Origin: Octopus sinensis
Lineage: Eukaryota
Length of the DNA: 33,023 nt
Reading direction: 5' to 3'
Assembly: GCF_006345805.1 (NCBI RefSeq)
Contig: NW_021832675.1
Coordinates: 1 to 33,023, forward strand
Part shown: positions 12,464 to 22,598 of the stretch, one piece after another
Position numbering within the stretch: position 1 is the stretch's first letter
How the letters are laid out: each line of letters begins with the position of its first letter
The notes under the pieces: model-generated
The model's input: only the letters and a program-made list of their open reading frames with translations
Database searches by the model: none
What the model was told of the DNA's origin: nothing
Translations under genes and position numbers: made by a program

Positions 12464-13316
12464 AGCAATGCTAACTAGGAATGAGAAGTCATGGTGAGAA
12501 TCCTGCTCAGACTGGATGAGTTGATGAGCTGAGCAGGAATGCGTTTTAAAGCAAAGATGTCACGCGGAGGAACATTCAAGGAGTGGAGGCAGGAAGAAGA
12601 GAAGTGTGTTATTGCATGAGAAGCCATGTCTACAATAGTAGAGGAGCGTGTGGAGAGTCTGGAGAGATTATATTTCATGCAGATCGTTTAACGATAGGGT
12701 TGAAGGGCTCAAAATCTAGAAAATGTCAGAGGATGGATTCATAACGATCGATAAAAGACTTCTACCAGGTAGGTTCAAACTCTGATGTTGCAGTTTTCTC
12801 TGTAATCCAAACTATTGTGAATTGACAACAATGAAAGATCGCAAGTAGTGGAGCATGGAAAGCTAAAGTTTTGCAAAGATGGTGAAGGCTGCAAGCGAAC
12901 CACTGTAAGGTAAAGGAATGATCCAAAATGAGTAGGGAAGATTAGGGAAGTCTCTGTAGAGTTGACAGCAAATACCACTTCCTACTCTTTGCCACCAAAA
13001 GAACCAAGTTTGTCATGTAGTGCAAGGAAAAGAAGGTGATAAAGATGGTAGAGCTGATATTTCAATGGGAGACAAACATCGAAGACGCTTTCCTCTGGAA
13101 AAAGAGAAAATAGAGTGAGTTGGTTGAAAACAATGGATGGGAGCCAATATGCTTTCTATAGAGATAGGTGTTCTAAGATTTGTTTGAACCAGGGTTCACT
13201 CGATGCTCAGGTGCTTTGAACAAGCTGCGAGCGAGAGGAAAGATGTTGCCAGAAAAACTGTCGAAGCTACTGAGGGAGCAGCTCATTACATCTGGCTCAA
13301 GAGAGAGGACTAGTGG
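12464..13316 (+). pseudogene. Degraded RLE-type non-LTR retrotransposon (HERO-like): RT C-terminal part plus restriction-like endonuclease, internally deleted
   Basis: EVMVRILLRLDELMS*AGMRFKAKMS...EERVESLERLY...EDGFITIDKRLLPGRFK, then KKVIKMVELIFQWETNIEDAFLWKKRK*SELVENNGWEP...IEIGVLRFV...EATEGAAHYIWLKRED*W. This matches the ELTVPWE/KY/EVGCRGFV/WLWLKR pattern of HERO-like elements. Confidence 0.8.
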
Positions 13317-13751
13317 TGCAGCAAGAGCGAGCATTGAATATAACAAAAACATCTAACCCAGAGAGTCACAACATCTGACTCAAGAAAGCTCGTGATGTTG
13401 TGCGTGAATTTTATCGCCTGTACCGGCAGACGGCGACGGGCAGCTCTGGCATCGCGATATAAGGGGCCGAAACACCTAACAGAGCTGCTTTACCGCCTGG
13501 TGAGATATGGACCCCTGCACCTGGAGACGGAGTACGGCAGCACCCTCAGTTCACAATTGTTTACCCTAAAATATATAAACATACTTGTGTTGAACGTAAC
13601 ACATTATAAACAGCGTTACATGCGGTATATAAGCACAAAATTTATTAAAAAGGTGTTAACAATAGAGTGTTAGAATATTCAGAAATTCGACGCATTTAAC
13701 ATGATCAGTACAGAACTCAGACAAATTACACAAAATAAATATATGTGACAA

Positions 13752-13980
13752 TACCTATTTCTTTATTACCCACAAGGGGCTAAACACAGAGGGGACAAAC
13801 AAGGACAGACATAGGTATTAAGTCGATTACATAGACCCCAGTGCGTAACTGGTACTTAATTTATCGACCCCGAAAGGATGAGAGGCAAAGTCGACCTCGG
13901 CGGAATTTGAACTCACAACGTAACGCAGACGAAATACCGCTAAGCATTTCGCCCGGTGTGCTAACGTTTCTGCCAGCTCG
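13752..13980 (-). mobile_element. SINE family B, near full length
   Basis: Reverse complement of 29706-29940. The tail aaagaaata is followed by ggtatt, as at the multimer junctions. Confidence 0.92.
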
Positions 13981-14329
13981 TGACACGGGTTTTTTTTTTC
14001 CTGCAAACCGATAATATTGCGACTTACTTTGTAGAAACTTTGTAGAAGCTTTAACAAAGGAAACGGTAGTAATTAGCTCATACAAATACACGTGAGAAGA
14101 ACGTAAATCTCTGATTGGCCACCATTTGAAATGAGTCTAGACATAGCCATACGTATGAATAGATCCAGTTTAATTACGATTAGCTGCGATTTTCGCTACA
14201 TATAACAGTCGTATATTATTCCGTCACTTTGATTGGTTATTATTTCCTTTCTTAAGAAAATCACTTTATAACTTTCTAAATTAACACAGATCAGTTATTT
14301 TTATGTTGGGGTAAAGAAAAACAAATTCG

Positions 14330-14430
14330 TGGAGAAAGCCTCAAGTCGATTTAAATGACCCAATTAGATAACAGGTAATTATTTTATGCACCACAACGAA
14401 AGAGGAATGAAACACAATGTCGATAAGCGG
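14330..14430 (-). mobile_element. Highly degenerate SINE family B core fragment
   Basis: aagtcgatttaaatgaccc...aggtaattattttat...gaaagaggaatgaaacacaatgtcga is collinear with the family B core. Confidence 0.4.
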
Positions 14431-14481
14431 CTGCAGAAATAAAACTTAGAGAAAATATATGTGCTATAACAGCATATAAAA

Positions 14482-14542
14482 TACGCTAGAAGAAACAGCT
14501 AAAGTCCAAACGGTTTGGACTTTAGCTGTTCCTTCTAGCGTA
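14482..14542. repeat. 61-bp near-perfect palindrome (30-bp arms, one mismatch, 1-nt centre)
   Basis: tacgctagaagaaacagctaaagtccaaac-g-gtttggactttagctgttccttctagcgta. Confidence 0.95.
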
Positions 14543-15111
14543 AGGGAGTCCTATGATGGCTACCTCTTATATGTTTAAATGTACACTGTATTTTATACGA
14601 ATAATATATAGTCTATTGACTAATTTTTCTATACGCTAGGCTACTGGTAGTAAAAATTTCTAAAATCTTTATTACCCTGATATTATTAATTATGTGCTAT
14701 ATTTAGATTTAACTTCTTAATAGCTTCTACCAATCCACTTCCTTCAATTTTTTTTATAATAGAAATATTAAAAACCTACTGAAATTATTATGAAACGATA
14801 AATTGACGTGAAATAATTACTTAGTGTAACTAATTGTATCAAAAATGCTCTGTCGTCCAATTAACTTCGTCTCACAAATATAGAGATGTATAAATAAATA
14901 GATAAATAAATAAAGGATAGTAGTTGTTAAGTGTAAATATTCCATATATGACCAACACACGTCAATTAGTCTTGATTCCAGATGCACAAATACGATCATA
15001 CAGACACACTATAATATATAGTATATTTGAAAAAATATCTACGTATGTGCCTATTTTATATATATATATATATACATATATATAATGTGCTTGTATGTAT
15101 AGACATATATA

Positions 15112-15114
15112 GAG

Positions 15115-15197
<83 letters not shown>

Positions 15198-15198
15198 C
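15112..15198. repeat. (AGAT)n array
   Basis: Directly visible. Confidence 0.95.
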
Positions 15199-15311
15199 AT
15201 ATATAATATGTATGTATGCATGAATGCATTATGAAAGCATACAAGTATGTATGCATACATGCATATATATATATGTATGTATGTATGTATGTGTGTGTGT
15301 GTGTGTGTGTG

Positions 15312-15485
15312 TAGTTGAAATTTACAGAAAAGCAAAAGATGAAGACAGATGCATGAACAACAAGCAGGTCTATTGACGCTTGGGAAAGTGAGAAGGTCTT
15401 TTATGTTTCGAGCCTACGCTCTTCAACAGAAAGGGATATGAGAAAATAAACAGAGAATAAATAAAAACTTGTGGATTTAGCGACC
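15312..15485 (-). mobile_element. Interspersed repeat carrying a hammerhead-like motif; probable Penelope-like element terminal fragment
   Basis: Its 3' portion recurs on + at 27533-27586 (cctgcttg...ctgtcttcgtcttttgttttctgtaaatttgaacta). It contains CTGTTGA-A-GAGC-GTAG-GCTC-GAAAC. The PLE assignment is inference from the motif. Confidence 0.5.
15398..15433 (-). ncRNA. Degenerate minimal type I hammerhead ribozyme motif
   Basis: cttt-CTGTTGA-A-GAGC(GTAG)GCTC-GAAAC-ATA-aaag. Stem I cttt/aaag, stem II 4 bp; deviations at core A6 (U) and G16.2 (A). Confidence 0.5.
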
Positions 15486-15824
15486 AAGCATGCTGACTGC
15501 ATGTATGTGTTTCTGTATGATTGTATCTGTGCATATATGTTTGACTGTCTGTGCGTGTAATATTAAGAGTGGAATTTGAAACGTGGAAACTGTGCGGAAG
15601 TCTGTCATATATTTATGCTAGTATTTGAGTGTGCGCGTGTATGTGTGTGTGCATGAGTATATGTGTGTGTATGTTTTAATCATTTTTTTTTTGCTTAGTA
15701 AACATGCTTTCGCCGTTTTAGCCAATAAGAAAGCGAGGCCTGGGTAATCCAAAGGAATTTTATACTTACCCCCTCCTGGAAGTGAGAACCAGTATTGGCG
15801 CCAATTTTCCGGCATTTTAGTAAC

Positions 15825-15832
15825 TATTATTG

Positions 15833-15879
<47 letters not shown>

Positions 15880-15913
15880 GCTGCTATTGCCTCTGCTGCT
15901 TGTACTGCTACTG

Positions 15914-15962
<49 letters not shown>

Positions 15963-16003
15963 CACAGCCTCTATCGTTACTATTCTTGCTATTACTGTTG
16001 TTG

Positions 16004-16058
<55 letters not shown>

Positions 16059-16103
16059 CACAGCCTCTATCGTTACTATTCTTGCTATTACTGTTGTTGC
16101 TTG

Positions 16104-16140
<37 letters not shown>

Positions 16141-16200
16141 AACTGATGCTGCTATTACTGCTGCTGCTGCTGTATCTATAGCTGCTTCGTCCGTTGCTGT
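15825..16200. repeat. (TAC)n/(TGC)n array with a duplicated 45-bp unique insert (period 96)
   Basis: accacagcctctatcgttactattcttgctattactgttgttgct starts at both 15961 and 16057. Confidence 0.93.
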
Positions 16201-16299
16201 TTCTACCATTGTTGGTTGCCGTTAACCCACTGATCAACCCTGTGCCAATCGGTTCTTTCTCTATCGGCAAAAAATCTTCAAATACATCTGAATAATGCC

Positions 16300-16465
16300 A
16301 TATATACATACATACATACTACATACATACATACATACATACATACGTACGTACGTACGTACATACATACATACATACATACATACATACATACATACAT
16401 ACATACATACTACATACATACATACATACTCACGTACATAATACATACATATACATACATACATC
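16300..16465. repeat. (ATAC)n array
   Basis: Directly visible. Confidence 0.95.
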
Positions 16466-16689
16466 GAGGGTTTTTTTTTTACTTATATAAAAACCGTCGA
16501 TTCAATAACACTGCTTACAAACTCTATGCTTGGAATGACCAATTTTAAATACTATTTGAACTTACTCACAATGTACAGGAATCTTATATGTATAACATTC
16601 TGCCTAAATAAAGGAGCGGCAGATGCAGTATCCCCACATACCTCATGTCTATTTTCATTCCTCCACTTCACTCCCAATTTCATATCTTA

Positions 16690-17060
16690 TCTCTCTATAT
16701 ATAAACGGCAGTTTGTCTGTGTGTGTTTCTGTGTGTCTGTTTGGTTGTACCCTCACCCTGACCACGGCTTTCAACCGATTCTGATGAAACTTGACACACA
16801 CATAGCCCAATGTCATAATTCAAAACTAACGCAGCGAAAATTTTGAAAAGTTCCCCCAGTTCTGAAAAAAATCGATAAATTCGACATGGGGTCGAGAATC
16901 AGAAACACAAACCACAGACTGTCTAGGGGACGCAACTCGACCTTTTTAACTAAAAAAATTTACCATCATTTTTTTTTTCCATTTTTTGGCTATAACTCTC
17001 TAAAAATGATTTATAGTTATTTCCCTTACAAACCCGAGCAACGCCGGGCGATACTGCTAG
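16690..17060 (+). mobile_element. Structurally intact non-autonomous Helitron (371 bp)
   Basis: A|TCTCTCTATATATAAA 5' end; 3' hairpin CCCG(a)GC-aac-GCCGGG (17033-17048), 8-nt spacer, CTAG|T end. Inserted at an A/T junction with no TSD, the canonical Helitron signature. Confidence 0.88.
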
Positions 17061-17214
17061 TCTAGAATAATTATTGCTTAACCATCTTCTCACACCGTAA
17101 TCGATGAAGGAATATATAAACTATCCCGGAAACAGCTGTAAGACCTTCTCTTTATAAATGTTCTGAAATATTTCACAGCCTTGGATTTTGATCTCATTCT
17201 ATTAAAATTGATAT

Positions 17215-17514
17215 GACCAAAGCCTTGTGAGTGGATTTGGTAGACGGAAACTGAAAGAAGCCCGTCGTATATATGTGTATATATGCGTCTGTGTGTTTGT
17301 GTGTCTATGTTTGTCCCCCTAGCATTGCTTGACAACCGATGCTGGTGTGTTTATGTCCCCGTTACTTAGCGGTTCGGCAAAAGAGACCGATAGAATAAGT
17401 ACTGGGCTTACAAAATAATAAGTCCTGGTGTCGAGTTGCTCGATTAAAGGTGGTGCTCCAGCATGGCCGCAGTCAAATGACTGAAACAAGTAAAAGAGTA
17501 AAAGAGTAAAAGAG
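17215..17514 (+). mobile_element. SINE family A, 5'-truncated
   Basis: gaccaaagccttgtgagtggatttggtagacgg...gactgaaacaagtaaaagagtaaaagagtaaaagag. Confidence 0.92.
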
Positions 17515-17551
<37 letters not shown>

Positions 17552-17595
17552 CTGTATGTGGCTGTGTGTCTGTCTGCGTATCTGTGTGCGTGTCC

Positions 17596-17628
<33 letters not shown>

Positions 17629-17944
17629 TGTATGTATATATGCATGTTCTGTTTATTCAATATGTTGTCCTTGTTAGAAATCTTCATACAAAACTAACGG
17701 CGATCTACCGACCCCCACCGCCGCCGCCCACCCCATCTTACATGCCACCTACGCACCAAGACCACACCTTCCTTCACACCACCACCACCACCATCATACC
17801 GTCCACCCCCAGCATCACACGGCAACAAAACTACACCCCCACCCCCTACCACCACCACCACCACCTTCTCCAACGGCGACAGATACAACTAATGGCTTAT
17901 CCACTTTATTTACTTTTCACACTGACACTGAAATGTTATGTGTA

Positions 17945-18145
17945 TTAAAGCGGTATGTGTGTGTGTGTGCATGTGTGTGTATGTGTGTGTATGTGTGTAT
18001 GCAGTGTGTATGTGTGTGTATGTGTGTGTATGCGTGTGTATGTGTGTGTATATGTGCGTGTATGTGTGTGCGTGTGTGTGTATGTGTGTGCATGTGTGTA
18101 TGTGTGTGTGATTGTGTGTGTGTATGTGTGTGTATTGTGTGTGTT
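17945..18145. repeat. (TG)n degenerate microsatellite
   Basis: Directly visible. Confidence 0.9.
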
Positions 18146-18405
18146 ACTTGTTTCAGTCATTAGACTGCGGCCATATTGTGGCACTACCTTGAAATGTTTA
18201 GTAGTATGTGTGTGTGTATGTGTGTGTATTGTGTGTGTTACTTGTTTCAGTCATTAGACTGCGGCCATATTGTGGCACTACCTTGAAATGTTTAGTAGTA
18301 ATTAATCGAACCCAGGACGTTTTGTTAAAAGTCTGGTACTTGCACTATCGTTCCATTTTTCCCCGAACCGTCAAGTTACGGGGGCACCAACAAACCATCA
18401 CCGGT
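18144..18405 (-). mobile_element. Degenerate SINE family A with a perfectly duplicated 3' end (94-bp tandem)
   Basis: 18113-18206 is identical to 18207-18300. The sequence continues as atcgaacccaggac...gaaccgtcaagttacgggg. Confidence 0.8.
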
Positions 18406-19176
18406 CGTTTTAACCTTCTAGTTCCCTTCTGCCGTTTACAGCATTGCTTGGAAGACAGGCGTGTAGTGTGTGATCGTCACATTGACCATGACAGAGAAAC
18501 TTGTAATGGCGATACCTACTGAGAGGTCCACGCAAGGTTGCAGAAAGTTATGGAGAGGAGTATATGAGCTACAGACAAGTGTACGAATGGTTCAGACGTT
18601 TCCAGAATGGCCGAAAAATGTCGATATTGACGAACGTTCTTGGAGACCCGCAATCAGCAGAACTGAGAAAAACATCGCAGATGTGCATGCAGCTGTGAGG
18701 GGAAATCGTCGAATTACCATCTGTGTGTCATCAGAGGCTGTGCTGAGTAGTTACGGTCAGTTCAGGCCATTATCACAGAAAATTTGGGTATGAAATGAGT
18801 GTCTGCCAAGTTTGTGCCAAAATTGCTTTCAGCTGACCAAAAAGACACTCGGGTTTCAGTCGCACGAGATTTCCTTCGTTGTGTGTAGAACGATGAGCAC
18901 TTTGCGTAGGCCTCTGAGCATGTATCGCCATGCTTTTGGCAAAGTTTGCTGCAGAATCTCTGCTCAACTTCTTCTGTCATGGTCAATGCGACGATCACAC
19001 GCTACACACTTTCCTTCCAAACACTTCTGTAAATAGCGGAAGTGAGCTAGAACGTTAAAACTTAGTGCACATGCACAGTAGAGTTAAAGGTCAATCTGTG
19101 TCAAGTGGCTTTACTCTGCGAGCTTTAGTTTCGTTACTATCTCAAAAGTCCGGATATTTATTGATTAGACCACGCA
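18406..19176. mobile_element. Mariner transposon derivative: + strand 5' transposase fragment (18406-18903) fused to an inverted second 5' end with TIR (18899-19176)
   Basis: + strand: YGEEYMSYRQVYEWFRRFQNGR...DERSWRPAISRTEKNIADV...RGNRRITI...ENLGMK*VSAKFVPKLLSADQKDTRV (mariner HTH region and the WVPxxL-equivalent motif). - strand: MTEEVEQRFCSKLCQKHGDTCSEAYAK. TIR-like rc(agtccggatatttattgattagaccacgca) is followed by TA. Confidence 0.88.
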
Positions 19177-19355
19177 TACATAGCAGCTTAGAGTTACACA
19201 TCTGGAGAGTAGCTACAAGGCTTCGTAACTGAAGGGTGGCGTTCCCATGATTTTGACGTCGACAGAATCATACTTTTCCTTCTCTCTCTCCTTTTCTCTC
19301 TCTCACACACATACACATACACACACATACGCACACACACGTGCATATTTATACT

Positions 19356-19470
19356 TATTCATTATCGAATGACAAAGGAACAGGAATTATATAATCAACT
19401 TAATATTGAATTCTTACAAACTGATTATCAGAATCACAATGACTAAGCGAAATCACGAAACACATACACA
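19356..19470 (+). repeat. Unclassified repeat, three copies (19356-19470 +, 20583-20650 +, 20706-20830 -)
   Basis: ttcttacaa...agaatcacaatgactaagcgaaatcac is shared by all three copies. Confidence 0.8.
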
Positions 19471-19482
19471 CACACACACACT

Positions 19483-19547
<65 letters not shown>

Positions 19548-20084
19548 CGGACAAAGTTAATATAAACAGCCAATACAGAAAATTAATTAAAATATAAAAA
19601 TAAAAAATAAAAAATTATTTTAAATTATTTAAACTTATAAATTTATATATATATATACAAATTACTATATATGCATGTATGTATATTTTTATATTATATA
19701 TTATTTTATAAATTAATTATTTATTTATCTATTGATTTATTTATTTATTTTTATTTTTATTTTTTGATTTTTTGTTTTTTTAACTTTTAATACTTTGATA
19801 TATATTTTTAAAAAAGTAAATAAATAAATAATTAATTAATTAATTAATAAAAAATATATAATATAAAAATATACATACATACATAATATATATATTTGTA
19901 TATATATAAAATTTATAAGTTTAAATTATATAATTTTAATTTTTAATTTTTATTTTAAATTAATTTTTGCATTGGCTTATGTTTTTCACTGTTTTATTTG
20001 CCTAATAGTGGTTTTATCTCTAATTTAATATAATTAAATATATATATATATTATATATATATATATAATATAATATATATATAT

Positions 20085-20143
<59 letters not shown>

Positions 20144-20195
20144 TATTGTATATATATATATAGTTGTGTGTGTGTGTATGTATGTGTGTATGTAT

Positions 20196-20472
20196 GACTC
20201 ATTAGGGACGGTTTCCCGGTTTCCTTGGCGTATAGATTCCCCACCTTGACGGGACACCGGTCCGTTGCAGGTGAGCTGCAAGATGCAGGAGGAAAGAGTG
20301 AGAGAAAGTTGTGGCAAAAGAGTCAGCAGAGGTTCGCCCTTACCTTCTGCCGGAACCACGTAGACCTTAGGTGTTTCGCGCATAAACACACACATCGCCC
20401 AGTCTGAGATTCAAACCTGCGATCCCTCGACCGGGAGTCCGCTGCTCTAATCACTCGGCCATGCGCCTCCAC
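20196..20472 (-). mobile_element. tRNA-derived SINE (family C)
   Basis: Minus strand: gtggaggcgcaTGGCCGAGTGAttagagcagcggactcccggtcgagggatcgcaGGTTTGAATCtcag (A/B boxes, tRNA-like head), ending ggaaaccgggaaaccgtccctaatgagtc. A similar tail fragment lies at ~29626-29670. Confidence 0.85.
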
Positions 20473-20490
20473 ACATACACACACACACAC

Positions 20491-20586
<96 letters not shown>

Positions 20587-20666
20587 AGTTCTTACAACGG
20601 GTTCTTAGAATCACAATGACTAAGCGAAATCACAATACAGACACACACACTATATATATAGTATAT

Positions 20667-20708
<42 letters not shown>

Positions 20709-21566
20709 GTGTGTGTCTGTATTGTGATTTCGCTTAGTCATTGTGATTCTAAGAACCAGTTGTAAGAACTCAATATTAAGTTCATTATATAATTCCTGTT
20801 CCTTTGTCATTCAATGATGAATAAGTATAAATTTATCCCGTGAAGAAGGACATTAAAGTAGTAACCCAAAGCGTATTGGAAGAAAACTAAATAGTTTTAC
20901 CTTCAGCTATCCTATTACTACGTGCGCAAAATTTATAAATATATATATATATATATATATAGGGTACATACACAAACATACACACACATTTACATACATG
21001 CTCAGACACACGCAAGATCAAAAAGCAGGCACACATATAATGGTTGCAAGTATTTCTGTACCATAGTTTCACCATAATATCTATGAATTTGGTATCAACA
21101 ATCTCCAGGGGTTCCTAAAACAAATATAAAATGAGAGAAAGAAAGGATAGGACAAATAACATGCTGTGTCTGCAGGTCGACATAAGCTCTGTTTTTCTTT
21201 TTTGTTTATTATTGGTGTGGGGCACTTTATATTGTTCATCAGACACTGTATAAAATGTATGCTATCATACGCCGGGGCAAAATACAAAGGACTGGTGACT
21301 TCACATATTACGTAACACGCAACCATTTGTCTTTTGCGTCATAACTACGACAGTATATATGAAAGATTGGTGCATTCATACTGCTAGATACAAGGGTGAG
21401 TCTTTTGTGTGGAAATAAGAACTAGCATACCACACACACGTGTCACCATACACTCGAGACACTCGCCACACCCATGTACACCTATCCTTGATATATTTTA
21501 CACGTTACGTACAAATCTTCAATGCATAACCACGATACATACACATGTACATATAAGTGTATATGT

Positions 21567-22005
21567 AATCAAATTAAGCAACATGATATCAAGAGGTGAT
21601 GCAGTACGACTGTTTCAAGTGGCTTCATTTAATTGAACAATGTAATCACTACATCAATTTAAATACAGGTCTATCCTCAGCTGCATAAATGAATAAATAG
21701 AATATTTAATCAGTTGGACACGTTAATATAATTTTACTCAAATGCTCTAATAGCGCAAGAGACGGAAAGAATCCAACATGTTGGACTCTTTCCGTCTTCT
21801 TGCGCTATTAGAGCATTTGAGTAAAATTAATTAATGTGTCCAACTGATTAAATATTCTATTTATTCATTATGCAGTGAGGACTTGACCCTATAGATCTGT
21901 AATTTTTTTTAAATGGTATAATGATTGCATCGTTCAATTAAATGGAGCCGTTTGCAATGGTCATAGTGCATCAACCTCTTCTGAATTCTGTTGCTTATTT
22001 TGATT
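21567..22005. repeat. ~440-bp loopless imperfect palindrome (fold-back element)
   Basis: Centre tccaacatgttgga (21772-21785). Inner arms 21675-21778 and 21779-21880 differ at about 6 of ~104 positions. Homology can be traced out to aatcaaattaagcaaca / tgttgcttattttgatt. Confidence 0.93.
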
Positions 22006-22129
22006 TATCACCTTACTTTGAGTTGTACGGATATACCGCACTGATTTCGTGCTTCAACTAAGTATACTATCTATTCAAGTGAGTCTTACTTACTTACAAG
22101 GTAAGCAAACGTGTACGTACGCCGCTATA

Positions 22130-22593
22130 CTCTTACTATTTTCTTTACTCTTCAGTCATTTTTCTGACTGCGCTCGGCGATGGTCATGCTGGACCGCCCA
22201 TGCTGGTTCCCAGCAATGTAGAGCGAGCGCTCGACCCTCGGAACACTTAAATTGTCAGCGCAACTCACACGGGACTTATTCTTTGTAAGCCAGTACTTGC
22301 TATCAGTCTCTTTTTGCCGAACCGCAACTAAGTGACGGGACAACAAAACACACCAGCATCGGGTGTCAAGCAATGCTAGGGGGACAAACACAGAGACACA
22401 CAAACACGCATATATATATATATAACATATATACGACGGGCTTCATCAGTTCCGTTTACCAAATCCACTCACAAGGCTTTGGTCGGCCCCGAGGCTATAG
22501 AGAAGACACTTGCCCAAGGTGCCACGCAGTGGGACTGAACCCGGAACCATGTGGTTGGTGAACAAGCTACTTACCACACAGCCACTCCTGCGC
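22130..22593 (-). mobile_element. SINE family A, full length with disrupted 3' part
   Basis: Ends in rc head cttaccacacagccactcctgcgc; the body matches 8639-9040. Confidence 0.9.
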
Positions 22594-22598
22594 TATAT

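Noticed and set aside
13440-13530. GGCCGAAACACC...CTGGTGAG downstream of the HERO-like relic as a hammerhead
   Set aside because: No GUH triplet or stems I/III can be built, and stem II is out of register. It is probably just the 3' UTR of the element.
19438-19465. ATGACTA-A-GCG-AAAT-CAC-GAAAC as a hammerhead relic
   Set aside because: It needs three corrections, and the other two copies share the non-canonical bases and lack GAAAC.
20400-20472. tRNA gene
   Set aside because: tRNA-like A/B boxes continue directly into a SINE body and there is no proper acceptor stem, so it is called a SINE head. The same applies to the family A and B heads.
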